From Nitrosopumilaceae archaeon (GTDB taxonomy: Archaea; Thermoproteota; Nitrososphaeria; Nitrososphaerales; Nitrosopumilaceae): a stretch of DNA of 64,000 nucleotides. This document shows, piece after piece, positions 51,137 to 64,000 of this stretch (its first letter is position 1; each line of letters begins with the position of its first letter). The notes under the pieces were generated by a model. That model worked only from the letters and a program-made list of their open reading frames with translations. It ran no database searches and had not been told where the DNA came from. The stretch lies in the NCBI GenBank assembly GCA_965207375.1, contig CBDBMG010000001.1, positions 1 through 64,000 on the forward strand, written 5' to 3'. The position numbers and the translations under genes were made by a program.

Positions 51137-52964
51137 TATTGTGTTCAAATACTTAGACTTACTTTTGTATATTTCCCAATTTAGTTAGTTATATAACCTG
51201 ATGCTGTGGTTTAGTGTGTAGCTATAGCTAGCAACAATGATATAGCTACATAGTCAATCATAAAAATGAGTTGTTTAACTCTAGAGATAGCCTTGCACAA
51301 TAGCATGATGGTAATACTCACATGACGTGAATGTATTTTTAGTGCATTAATCTGTCATAACTATACTCTCTGTACAGCCACATGTGCATGCATGGTCTGG
51401 TAAATTTACTAGCAGATGTACCTGCCCTATTGTGCAAGGTGTATTTGAATGCATGCTCCTATGCATAGTGGTGGTTAGATCATAACAGTCAACTACTCCA
51501 CAATGGATTCCCTACAGTCTACTGAGTCTACTTAGTTTCCTGTGCTTGTTGTCCTATGGCTACATTGGTAGTCTCTGCCTAATCTCCAACACCTATACCA
51601 AAATCACCCCAATCTTAAAAAGGTGATAAACACCTAATTTCTCATTATTGACCAATCAGTCTAACTCCAAGGTCCATTTAAAACAATGCGCTGGTGATGT
51701 TTAGTAGGAAACTTGAGAGATCTAGAAACAAAACAATGAGTGATATAGCTAATAGTGGTCATCCAGAGTTTGACCCAATCATCTATAGCTATTGTATGTA
51801 ATACCATGCATGTTTTTCAGGTCTGTAGAGGAGTGGTTTTGAAAGCCACCAAAACCTTCAACATAATATATTTTTTATGTGTGCATGCTGCAGCACTATA
51901 AGGCATTTTTCTCTCTATAATGTTGCCAATTCTTGAGTCTGCTTCACCAGCTCGGCTGCAATACAACAAAAAGGCAAGTACTTTCAAAATGCTGTATATA
52001 CGTGTAGCTATATAGCTAGCTACGTGTGTGCCCAAGTAGCTAGAGTCCATGCAAAGTGACTACATACACATGTTCATGTAGCTAGCCACTCAACTTGACT
52101 GTATAGCTAGCTATATAGTGTCTAACCAGAAATTGCTTTGAAGTTGGGTGAATCACAGAAAAGCCTATCACTCACCAATTCCTACTGTCAGCAAGGTGAC
52201 TTCCCTTTGACAACCTTACGGTCATCTCTTACCCAATGTAGGTATGGATTATTCACCACCTATAAAATATCACTAAACTAAGCCATGATTTAAGTTGTTG
52301 ATGCATCCGCTTGATAAACCTGCTGTTCAACTTTGTTCTACAAAATTTTATGCCGCTACAGCAGCGTGTTTTGGGATCTTCACATGGCAATGATATCCTT
52401 GATTGACTTACTGTCCGACGTGTCCGTTGTTCAATCTGTGTTAGTTATGGAGATATGTAGGCTTCCACAGTGTTGTAATTTGTATTATGCTTCTCCCACC
52501 CTCTACATTCCAAAATTTATCACTTACTTTTTAACAATAATTTTGATACAATCTATTCCACGAAGTGTAATGATATTGACTCTTGCAATTGGTGGATAGA
52601 ATGGAGGAATCTCTTCCTAACTGCTGCAACTAATCCTTTGGAGTGAAGCTTTAAACAGCTGCCAGGAGCACTAGATAAAAGGCTGCAGGAGATTTTCAGT
52701 CAGAAATTGTATCAACTGGAAATGTTTCAGTTATTGCAGTAACATCAAATATGATCAATGCTTTAATGTCAACAAAGATTACACTTTAAATACACTTTAT
52801 GGACTAGAATTGAAGGGATAGTGTTCATAGTAGGATCAACGACGGGTTGATACTGTAGAACCATCTAGAACACTTTAATGGAGTGTCAATGGTTGATCAT
52901 ATAAATAGTGTGAATTCCAATATCACGTGATCTTTACTGCCTAAATCGCCAAAACAAATCAGTA

Positions 52965-53154
52965 TCGTATAGCGGGAAATTTTCGGATGCGGCTTAAATT
53001 TTCGAAAAAGAGATTTCGATAAATATTTTCGAAAATCCTCCAAACAATGCATGATAACGTCTATGGCTATATTAGCTACCTAGCTATTTCGAAAAATATT
53101 TTCGAAAGTGCTTGACCATTTTGGAAAATTAAACCATTCCAAAATTTCCCGCTA
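52965..53154. mobile_element. Small MITE (CGTATAGCGGGAAATTTT type)
   Basis: TAGCGGGAAATTTT / AAAATTTCCCGCTA with internal TTTCGAAA repeats. Confidence 0.6.
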
Positions 53155-53379
53155 ATTTAATTTACAGATCTGTACAATAAATCAAACTGTATAATGGAGA
53201 AACAAAAAATGGATACATATCTGATGGTCTACCAGTGTCATGCACTGATAGCCAAAAGCTAGCTATATATACGGTATATTCCCCGCTAGCAAGTACAATA
53301 AGTACAATATCACCTCAGGGTCAGATCTGACCATCTATTGTCGTTTCGGTATGAGATGCGTAACTATCGTTGCGTGAGA

Positions 53380-53420
53380 TCACGTGACCGTGACTCGCGT
53401 GATATTTGCAAGGTGAATCT
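53380..53420 (+). promoter_or_regulatory. Putative proximal promoter of gene 2
   Basis: TCACGTGAC..ATTTGCA..TGAATC in the same order as in gene 1. Confidence 0.45.
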
Positions 53421-53472
53421 TTGTCGGATCGATCTTGGTGGTGGCATGTTTATTTCAGTTTAATGTGCGAGA

Positions 53473-53560
53473 ATGAAATTATTTGTACAATTTGTGCTTT
53501 TGATGTTACTGTCATGTAATGACCCATGCTGCAGCGAGAGAACCTTCATTCCAGGATGCG
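53473..53560 (+). CDS. Gene 2 exon 1, signal peptide
   Basis: MKLFVQFVLLMLLSCNDPCCSERTFIPGC + G|GTAAGT; homologous to 7901-7988. Confidence 0.8.
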
Positions 53561-56272
53561 GTAAGTTCTGCTTTCATTGTATGCATGTAGCTCGTAAATT
53601 TCAGTATGTATACGTTTTACTTATTTTTGATTGATTTTCAAATGTCTTTTCACCTCTCATCCCATCAAAATACATGCATGAGAAACCAAGTAGCTATCAA
53701 GTTTGGACTAACTCATAACTGATGATACCTTTCTTGGCATTTTATGTACTGGTCTTAACTGTTAAATAAGTATCAGGCCAGCAGCTCTTTCTGCATGGTG
53801 ATATAGCTAGCAAAAACTGTACATGTGGTTGAGGTGGGTGAGGTGATATACAAAAATGAGTTGGCAAAATTAATTTTGGTGATCTAGTGCAACTAGTTTC
53901 AGGTGACTATTTGCACATTTTAAGAGCTGCCTTTTCTAACAGCTATCAGAATCAGACACAAATCATTAATGACACCTCTCATAATGAAGACTATTGGACA
54001 CCTTATCACTAAGGTAAACATTTTAGGGCATAATCCCCTAATCAAACAAAAATTTGCAAAATTTAATTGTGACTTGCTATCATTTCAGTTGAAAGTCAGA
54101 TATGTAACCTCAGTAGTCACACCAGATAGCTAGCTAGCTTTAAACAGTCAGAGTTAGAAATTTTTCTGCATCGGTAATCCAAAATTTTCATAACTGTACA
54201 AAATTTCTTCAAGTAGGAGATTTTGCATTTGAACGAGGTAGCTAGCTAGCTATATACTTTACAAGGGCACAATGTTTAATAGTTATTTCACAAAGGGAGT
54301 TTCTTGCCAAGTTTGCAGAAACTTTGTCCCTATATAGCTAGCTACAATATAAAGACTTGGCCATATTTGTTAAAAATCTAACCTCATAATCTGATTTAAA
54401 ATGTATGATAAATTTGTCTGACCAAATTAGATTTTGATTGGCCAAATGCTTTTCAGAAAATGGCCAATAGCTAACTACGTATATGCAAATCCAAAGCTAT
54501 CCTTGCTGTCCATTTTGTTTGACTGATAATCAATAATTGAATACTGGTAATGACCTATAGTAAGGAATGAAGCCAGCTAGCAGTCATTAGAGGGAAGTCT
54601 TTATGGTTTTTAAGGGAAACCTTACAAGCTCATTAGAGTTACATTAGCCAATGATTTGTGGCTGCAATGATTTCATATGGCACTAAATATTATGTGGCTT
54701 CATAAAGGTCATAGCTCCTTGTAAGGTACCACAAGTAGCAATCCCCATAAACATTGCAAAATATGCTTTATTCCTTATATAGTAAAACATATTATTCATA
54801 GCAGAGATAGGTAGCTTACCTCTCTCATAAATCTGTTGTACAAATTACACCACCATAGTCTTGTGACTGCATTCTGAGTTTATGATTTGCACAAGTCTTA
54901 GGTTTATGTAAGTGAGCTGTAGATCACCATTTATATAAAGATTCATAGCTACAATAGGGTGAGTCACATGACGTCTTAGGTTGTTGTGTATGTTACCATG
55001 CTACAAGATTGCTACAAGATTGCTACGTACAATTTAGTATGGGTAGAGGTAGCTATATAGCTAGTAGTAATACTGATATTTCATATACACGTAGCGCTAC
55101 ACATTTGTTCACAAAATTTTGTTCAAATTGACCCAAAATTGAGGAGTTATAAGTAATTTTGCATAAAATTCCGCTTGCACATGCCTCCCACAAAAATGTT
55201 GTTGCAATTTATCTGAATTTTTCAAGGCTTAAAGCTTCTATTGAAAGTAGACTGTTTTGTTAATCACAATGATCTGTGCTTTTCATCTACTCATATAGCT
55301 CAGAAAATAAGCATTATATCGATATCCACCAGTTATACCTCACTTCACAAAAATTTTATCCAGTCATTTCCAAGGTATGCACCTCAAAAATTGCCAATAA
55401 ATAACACACTGGTAGTTGCTGGCTCATGCCTCTATGGCTTCTAAATCATCGACACATGTATATTGATTATCATGATATAATATTGACATTCTTGACACGA
55501 CCACAGTAAAATTATTTTGATATCATAATTCCTGTAATACATTAACTAGCAAAGCAAGGAGAATATGATGTAGCTGTGCATCAGGTTGTGGCAAAGTTTT
55601 TAGATATAGACCATAGCCTTCACTAAGTCCTGGACTGCATGGACTCAAAGATATCTTAAATTGGAACAACGTTGTATTTTGAACAAGATGGCCAAATTTT
55701 GTATCAAAATCTCATGAGCTCACAGCCCATAAACTTGTAAATTATTGATGTACACTTACAGGGAGTTAGCAGCAGGTATGACAAGGTTTATATTTTGATG
55801 AATTGGTAAATTTATCATTAACTAGTGAGTACAGACAATAGAACATAATATATATTGAATGTTTTGTTAATCTAAATTTTAGCCTTAAAAGGTCATGTTA
55901 TATTTTGTGTTAATCTTTGCTGCAAGACCCTTTTGCACTGTATAGTGTTTGGCAAGTCGCCTAAATCATTATCAGAGATGAATATTCTATGTTAAAATCT
56001 AAAATTGACACACCCACTCTGCATAGTGTGCTGCTATGGTTGTATACCACTAGTACTGCTCATAATGTCCTAGCTATGTATGTAGTGTTAACTGTTTTAA
56101 TAGTTCCAATGAATTATGGGTACATAATTGCTTGAAGGGACTGTACAACGGAATTTGTTCAGGAATTCATTTTAGTCTGTTAAAATAACCATTATCATGC
56201 TTGCTTGCTATAGCTACATATTGTTATAGCATCACAATACATTCTATATTATTGTTGTGTTGTATTCTGTAG

Positions 56273-57703
56273 ATCAAACTAATGAAGGAAATGAATTCTT
56301 TGTGGGATTTTTTAGAAATCGATTTGGCAGAACTGATGAGCCTGAGGAGATACCTCCAGTTCTTTGGATCACAACTAAAGAGTCTATGCCAGTCAACTTT
56401 ACAGTGTTCACTTTTTTTGGACTTCTTACTAGTGGTGTAGCAACTCCTGGAGAAATAACATATGTTGACATACCTCTTGGATTTGTTGTGTTTGATTCAT
56501 CTGTAGATAGTGAAACTGATACACGGTTTAAAGGAATTCATATTAAAGCAGAAGATGACAGGAGAATTGTTGTGTTTGGTCAAAATGAAGAAGTAGCATC
56601 CAATGATGCTTATCTAGCCTTACCAATTATTTCACTGCCAGCAGGAAGGTCTTATGAGTACATTGCAGCATCAATATTTGGAGATTCAGGTACTGTTGCA
56701 CGAGCTTCTGATAGTGTGGCTCTAATTATTGGAACTGAGAATGATACTGAGATAATCCTTGAACCGCGTGTTCTCATCAGGCATCCCTTTGCTCCAGCAG
56801 CATTTGGTGGACGGTTTATTCCTGGACTTCCTGTTCAGTTTCGTACTGTAACTATTCAGAGGTTTCAGTCATTTTATCTTCAGATTCGTGGTGGAGATAT
56901 ATCTGGTACTCGTATAATAGCAAATAAGCCAATATCTGTTTTCTCTGGACATGAGTGTGCTAATGTTCCATTAGCTAGTGAACCTTGTGACATACTGATT
57001 GAACAACTTCAACCAATAGATACATGGGGAACTGAAGCAGTTACAGTTCCACTGAGTAAAAGGAGTGGTGATGTACTAAAAGTGTTTGCTTCACAAGACT
57101 CTACTACAGTTAATGTTACATATACAAACATCAGTAGTGGCATGGTTACCAGTGATAGTTTCACACTTAATCGTAATGGATTTAGAGAGTTGGGGGGTAC
57201 TTCAACAGTGGCCACAGGGGCTATTGCTGACTTTGCCTTGATACAATCTAATAATCCAATTGCAGTATTTCAATTTAGCAGAAGCTTTACAACTGATAAT
57301 AATACAATATCTGATCCATTTATGTTGTCAGTACCATCTTGTGAACAATATCGTAACAGTTATGCTGTAGTTCCAGCTCCATTTGATCCTTCAATTGAAG
57401 GCACTGCAGCTTCAGGACGAGTTGCATATGTTAATTATACTAACATTGCAGTACCAGCTGATTATTTTAATGCTAGTTTAATAACAATTAATGATAATCC
57501 AATTAATGTCTCAGAGTTTAGGCCAATCAGGAGAGCAGATAACAGCATATGGGGCTATGGTGCACAGTTAGTACTTGATGAAGGAGCTCAAGTGATAAGC
57601 CATTCAGATCCAAATGCAGCTCTATCAGTAACCATATATGGATTCAGTAACCAGATGTCATGGGGTTGTACTGGAGGAACAGGTCTTGCTCCTGTTGCTC
57701 TTT
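56273..57703 (+). CDS. Gene 2 exon 2, intact IgGFc-binding (FCGBP N-terminal-like) domain
   Basis: Open frame (ORF 56257-57714) with GNEFFVGF, DAYLALP, SGTRIIANKPISVFSGHECANVP, CDILIEQLQPIDTWG, DPFMLSVP and YGF..SWG; TGTAG acceptor and GTAAGT donor, phase 1-1. Confidence 0.93.
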
Positions 57704-58132
57704 GTAAGTTATGAGCATCTGTTATTGTATGTAAATGTCAGTGTATCTGCTATATATTTACATGATCTCAGAACCTTTTTGTTCTCAAGGATACAAGGTT
57801 GTGGTCATTTAATGTTTACAGATGATGGCAGATGGCATTTCTTTTTGAGAATAGAACAATAGCCATTGAATTATTGTACTCAACATTGACCACAGCACAG
57901 ATGAGCTGTTACAGCAGCTGTTGGCTCTTTGCTATTATTCATTACCTATTGTCATAGTTACAGTGTGTGTATATTTGTACTTGTAAATTACCACTAATAA
58001 CACTTTCTCACTTATGATGTACAGCTAGTAGCTACCATGGTTACCAAATGATATTGAGTCATGTCATTATCTGTAGCTGTGGTCTCATTTGAGACAAATG
58101 GAGGATCAGGAGTTATCTTAATAGTATCAGAG

Positions 58133-58423
58133 AGTGCAAGGCCAATCAGAAACAGTGTAGCAACCAAAAGCTTTGATATCAGTAAGGTTGACATTTTATT
58201 AAAAATATACAATATTTTCACAGCTATGGTTGGCTTTGTCACTTGGCCACCTTTTTATACTATCATCGAGACCAAGTGACAAACTCAATCATAGTCGTGA
58301 ATATGCCTTGTAGCTAAACTATTGTATATCATCATAAAATGTTTTAACTTCTTGGCCTTTGGTCACTTATAACCATTGCTGCTTCTGATTGGTCTCACAC
58401 TTTTTTTACAGCCAGACTGTTTT
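58133..58423. mobile_element. Solo degenerate family A hairpin
   Basis: GGCCAATCAGAA..GTCACTTGGCCACCTTTT..CCAAGTGACAAA..TTCTGATTGG..TTTTACAGCCAGACTGTTTTT. Confidence 0.75.
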
Positions 58424-59982
58424 TATATATTACATATAATATATCTGACTGTCTGTAAAAACCAGCCATGTTTGCATCAAAACTGAAATCCATTTTTATT
58501 ACACAAGATCATAGCTACACTCAAGAACAACTATCAATACACACAGTATTTCTACTGGCCAATGTGAACAAGTGTTTTCTGGAGGGCATTTTGCCAACCT
58601 TGTGATGCCACGATAAAGAGAATGGTGCCTATCATAGAGCCAGTGTACCAATTAGGTGGCCATGACCTGAAACTGTTCCCATTGCCTTGCCCTTGTGGTG
58701 TGGTGTAGGCTCCTTGTGGCTACGTTTCCTACTTGAAACAGTTCCTTACAGTTTTTTGATCCACCTCCCACCCCTCTCTCCTATCCCACTCACTCACTCC
58801 TCGATGATGGCTAGATCTCAAAAGCCCTGAAATCCAGCCATCAGGTTAACTCTATGAATAATTGCTGCTAATATAAGATGGCTGGCTATAGGCAATTGCT
58901 TGTTTTAATTAATTGAAATGTTATTTCTCAAAATATTACCTAGGCTGGTTTTCACTCAGATGGTCACATATATTTGAGTAATTACAGTATTGTCATCATA
59001 GTTACTGTTATGCACTGTACATATAAACCACTAGGAATCTACTGGTTTGTATATATACATAGCTATGCAGCAGCTCACCACTATAATAATTATGCCAGTT
59101 TTGTGCTAGTATATAGTCTGTCTTAGCAGCATGAATTTTTATAGCTACAATGAGCCAAAGATACATTGATTTTAGTGAGTGGTTGCATTATCGCTAAAAT
59201 TTACTGATGCTAATTATAAACAATTTGATTGATAATCTCTAATAAAGCAGTCACCAATGATCGGTGATTGCACTATTACAGAGTATCAATGTGCAATCAG
59301 TATTCACTAAATGTGCAATCACTAACTTTAGTGTATATATTGTTAACATTACTCGGCTTATGGTACATAAGTAGTTTTACAGACCATTATTATTATACAG
59401 TATATAGCTACAGCTCAAAGACAACTTGATGCATGCAGGCAGAGCATACATGGTTAGCTCGAGTGTCACCCACACCCACATGTGCATGTAAGGGACATGT
59501 GCATGCCAAAAGTAATGCAGATTCTCTCCACCTAACTCAGTTCTTCATTCTGGCTTGTTTATTCTTACACTAGTTCACGCATATACATAGATTTAATGCT
59601 GTAACATACCAACCAAATTTATACTTGTTTGTCACCATATCAATTGGTTGTATTGCCATGCCTTGCTTGGAAAGAACAAGGATAGCTGGTTTTCTTAAGT
59701 AAATTAGGCACCATTCATTTCATCCCACCAATTGAAAACTCATTTCAAAATATTATATTCTTTGTTAGTATCCTGCGCATTTATAAAGTATTCGTTACGC
59801 GCATGGAGGGACCAAGCCAGATACTTACCGATGCCTTCAGCTCACCACCTACGTGTGGGTATCAAGTTGCCTTTGAGTTGTACCACTCCTACACTACATA
59901 AAATAGTAGGAGCTAGACTGCATACAGTATACAGTAGCTACATAGCTATATTACATAATAATGGAATATTTATTATACAGTA

Positions 59983-61513
59983 TATTGAATCATGTTCAGT
60001 ATGAACTCATACCTTACCCAAATTGAATAATTGAAATGGCTCCCATCACTACATGCAATACTGTAGTTAGTTACTACTGTTGAAATATTGATTAATGGAA
60101 AATAGCCACATTGTTTTGCTTTTGTCATTGTACTGGTACCAATTGGCATAATACCCTACTATTGTAGTACAAATTTTCCTAACCATTCTCAGTAGTTACA
60201 TTTCATATATTATGTAATCAACTAGCTGGTATGTGATGTTTTTAGTTGTTACTTGACATGACACATTACAATGGTATGCTCGTTAGGATTATTTACATAC
60301 AAAACATCAATTAAAGAAAATAAATATTATATCACTCACCCACATAAGGTAGATCGTAATGCAATGTGCAAAATAATTTTTGAAACATGGCCTGAGACAC
60401 TGTCAGGACATAAAGTTTGGACGGACATAAGTGCAGTGGAGTTGTCTGAACATTGTGTTAAATCAACAGTCTTCCAGTAGTCTTTGCTCAAACGTTTATT
60501 CCGTACAAATGTAAAAATGCCCTGACAAATAGTGTTTTTCTCCAGAAAATGTCCACTGTCAGGCTGTTATTCCACACTCTGTAATGTAACTTATAGCATT
60601 TTGTATATGTACCTAAACCATTTACTGTATTTAGAGAAAAATTTGCTGTTGGAAATTTTCACGTGGAAACAGTTCGTGGTAAAATATTTTCATCTTCTGA
60701 GATAGTTGACGAAAATTTTTAACAACGAATGTTTTCCTAGTTGAAATTTTGTCACTTTGCTTGCTATATATATTCAGCCTTGGCTCTTGCACTCAGTCTT
60801 GTCTAGCCATACGATGCATTTCACACGAACATGTACGTACACATAGATTAGGGATTATAAATGCTTGCAGACTTGAAGGTATTTGCATAAGAAGCTCGAT
60901 CTCAGTTTCCTTCCCAGCTAGATATGGAGAGTGACAACATTTACATGCCCAAATATGGATTTTATCAACACCTTCCAATTTAACCTTCCAATGATGCCAT
61001 TGTAGTTCTACTTAATGAACAAGTGTCAGAATCTGAAGTATTTTGCCCACATGTGGGCAAAAAGTGAACAAGTTTGCCTAGCTTATTTAAAAATGGGGAA
61101 TTAATAGGGATCAAATAAGTTAACTAGGCTCTTACAGATCATGAAAGTATGGAAACAGGTTGGGGATTGAGAATCATACAATAGGCAGTTTTTATAACCA
61201 GAGCTAGTGTGTCTGGTTTAGATGAAAGAAAAATGTATGCGTTTGTCTTATCACTGGGTATTTTTCTGCATATGTAAATCCCTTTTGTTGCATGAGTGTG
61301 AATAAGCTCTAAAGTACTTACTTGACAGTTCTAGATGTAAATGTAATAGCTAATGCTGTAGCTGATATATCGGTTATCAGAATATCGGTTTATTTGATTA
61401 TCAGTCCACCTCTAATTTTAACAGCAGTAATTAACTATTACTTAAAGTAGTGATGGGAGGTAGTAGTTATTCATATGGGTAAGGTATGAGTTCATACTGA
61501 ATATGATTCAATA
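59983..61513. repeat. Pair of ~65-70 bp inverted repeats (59983-60052 / 61447-61513)
   Basis: TATTGAATCATGTTCAGTATGAACTCATACCTTACCCA..CTCCCATCACTAC and its near reverse complement. Confidence 0.8.
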
Positions 61514-61514
61514 C

Positions 61515-63680
61515 AAAAATTTTAAAATTTAAATGCTGAGTGTGGATCGAAGGGATCCACTAGTACAGTGCTACAAAATGTAAGGAAACAAGGAATAAGA
61601 TTCTGGCATGAGTGAACACTAAAGATTCTGGTAAGAGATAATGCTAAACAAAAACAGCCTGGCTGTAAAAAAAGTGTGAGGCCAATCAGAAGCCACTATG
61701 GCTATAAGCGACCAAAATCTCTGATATCAAGTAAGGCCAAGAAGTTGAACATTTTATTAAGAATCCTTTTACTTGAATGACATACAATAGTTTACAGGGC
61801 ATTTTCACAACTATGATTGGCTTTGTCACTTGGCCACCTTATAAAAGATGATAGTACAAAAAGGTGGCCAAGTGACAAAGCCAATCATAGTTGTGAAAAT
61901 GCCCTGTAAACTATTGTATGTCATTCAAGTAAAAGGATTCTTAATAAAATGTTCAATTTCTTGGCCTTACTTGATATCAGAGATTTTGGTCGCTTATAGC
62001 CATTGTGGCTTCTGATTGGCCTCGCACTTTTTTTACAGCCAGGCTGTTTTTGTTTAGCATATCACTGCTTTTTGTAAATAGATTACAATTATAAACAAGT
62101 CCTGACAAGAAACCTTATATGAAGTATGCAGAGTAATAAAAATTTAAAGGGGAGAGGAGCTGGAAGTTAATACTTTAGGTGTTTCCCCGGCTTGTATTTC
62201 CCCCAAGTAGCTAATGAACATATAAAGTACGTATTACTATAATTGTTAGCTATGTATATAGGTGGAGAACAGTGAAGAACCTCAATGAAGGCACATCATT
62301 GCCATCATGTCCTGTACTGTTGATTGATCTACAGGAGAAGATATATTATAATGCTATAAATAAATTTTGTGCATGCTAACAGGACAGTGGTCTCCTATTT
62401 ATAATGTATGGCCACTGTTCACCTCGTGTTGTTTGGTATAATTATCTTGCATGGCACATAAGCATGAATGATCATTAAAGGCTAATTTTGACAAACTGAA
62501 GTGTCACAATTTCTTTAAACTTATCCTGAAGATTCATATATCAATATAGTTTGTGTATCTGAAATTTTATTCAAATGATTTAGAGGGGGTCCTAGTTATG
62601 GAAACTATCAACATGCAGTGTAAAAGTATCTCTCAAATACAGTTAGGTATTTGCTTTATGCTGAAAGTTGTTTGTCTGATAGAGCATACATAGGAGAAGT
62701 GTTGATACAAATTTGGTTGAAATCCATGCAGAAATGAGTGAGTTATTAGACAAATAAGTGTGAGTGTTTCAAATAGAAATTCCGGAATTCACGCGCAAGC
62801 GCACAAAAAGTGTGCGATGAAAATGAAAGAAGAAAGAAAGAAAAAAAACGACGGGCGCCTAAAATATTTTTGATTACAGGAAGGAGTTTATAAGGCGTGT
62901 ACGGAAAACTCGTGTCATGGATATCAAACGACTTCAGGTCAACGATTCTTCATACATTGAAGGTACTATTTGTTTAGTAAACGAGTAAGTAGGTGCCAAG
63001 GGGATGGTTTTTCGAGCGTGGGCGCACGAACGGGTGCCATAAAACTCGCAATGGCTGGTACTTAGGATTGGTGGCGCCGATTTCCTCCATTGTCGGGTTA
63101 CTAATTCTATATGGTTAGAACGTTCTGAGTCCTGAATAACTAGGCGATAGCTGTCGTGGCGGCTTAGTTACAGAGTTTTCAAATTTCAGAGCGGTGCTAC
63201 GTGTAAATAACTCACTCATTCGTCGCGTACGGCTGCTTCTTCTTGGCCTCGCGACTCACTATCGTGAGTCTTGATTTATAAAAGTTTAATCCTACTTTTG
63301 GTGAATGTACTAATGACTAAAATGAGCCAAAAGTAGGGATTAAACTTTTATAAATTATCTCTTGCCAGAATCTTCAGTGTTCACTCGTGCCACAATCTTA
63401 TTCCTTGTTTCCTTACTTTTGTAGCACTGTACTAGTGGATCCCTTCGATCCCTACTCACCATTTAAATTTTTAATTTTTTATTATTCTAGTTTGTTAGCT
63501 GTTTATAGGGCATTATAATAATCATTCAGGTGCCTATATAGCAGGTACACAAAATTCTACAGGCGCTTACATAATCATGGATTCTTTACAGATGCTTGTT
63601 AACAACCTGCTTGTGTGGCAAAGCAGCTGTGAAAGCAAATCACGTCCTTTAAACAGCGAATCTATTTGTCCAGTGGTTAG
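61515..63680 (-). mobile_element. Family B element (minus strand), hairpin interrupted by family A
   Basis: 61515-61640 plus 63275-63495 reconstitute a hairpin related to 33714-34046; 63540-63680 resembles the reverse complement of 33535-33670. Confidence 0.8.
61642..63274 (-). mobile_element. Family A element, full length, terminal hairpin 61641-62060
   Basis: Reverse complement of 24956-26520 end to end, again at an A^T site; the opposite family B arm shows the empty site. Confidence 0.92.
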
Positions 63681-64000
63681 TCGATGTTTAGTTTATAATC
63701 AAAACATCGATAAGCGGCTGGCGCGTAAATTGGTCTGGCACGCGAGACTAAGACTAGTCTGCGTTTCAGTTGAATTAGTTTAGTTATAATTTATGGAGTA
63801 TAGTCGTTCAAATTGTTTAGTGTACAGTTGTGTCAAGTAGTGCAACAGTGGATGTGGCGTAAGTTGATGCTGTGCTTTTTCGTGTAATGGGATGGCAACC
63901 ACGTGTGTGTGTGTGTGCGCATGCGTAATACTTAGCCTAGAATGTTTCTTCTAGAAAGCCTCTTCTGTAAGCCATAACACAAAATTCTCTCTGAGGACAC

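Overview
AT-rich animal genomic DNA with spliceosomal GT-AG introns and no prokaryotic features. The very short introns and the repeat types suggest a marine invertebrate such as a demosponge (inference only). Contents: (1) the last 7 exons of an adhesion-class GPCR (8-1500). (2) A ~43 kb gene (7901-51100) for a predicted secreted protein: signal peptide, IgGFc-binding (FCGBP N-terminal-like) domain, five Ig domains and a short Cys-rich tail. It carries four frame-breaking lesions and an internal segmental duplication. (3) The 5' part of a tandem paralog (53473 onward) whose first two exons are intact. Introns are packed with non-autonomous DNA transposons (hAT-, MULE-, Academ-, CMC- and Helentron/HINE-like), retroelement relics (CR1-like, CRE-like, Gypsy, DIRS), a 3.6 kb foldback of 9-bp minisatellite and several large palindromes. 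The most unusual signals are a recurrent TA->TAGCTA / TA->TACGTA 4-bp insertion, shown by comparing duplicated copies and breaking one Ig exon, and two unrelated mobile families that each end in one 330-420 bp hairpin. All alignments were done by eye.
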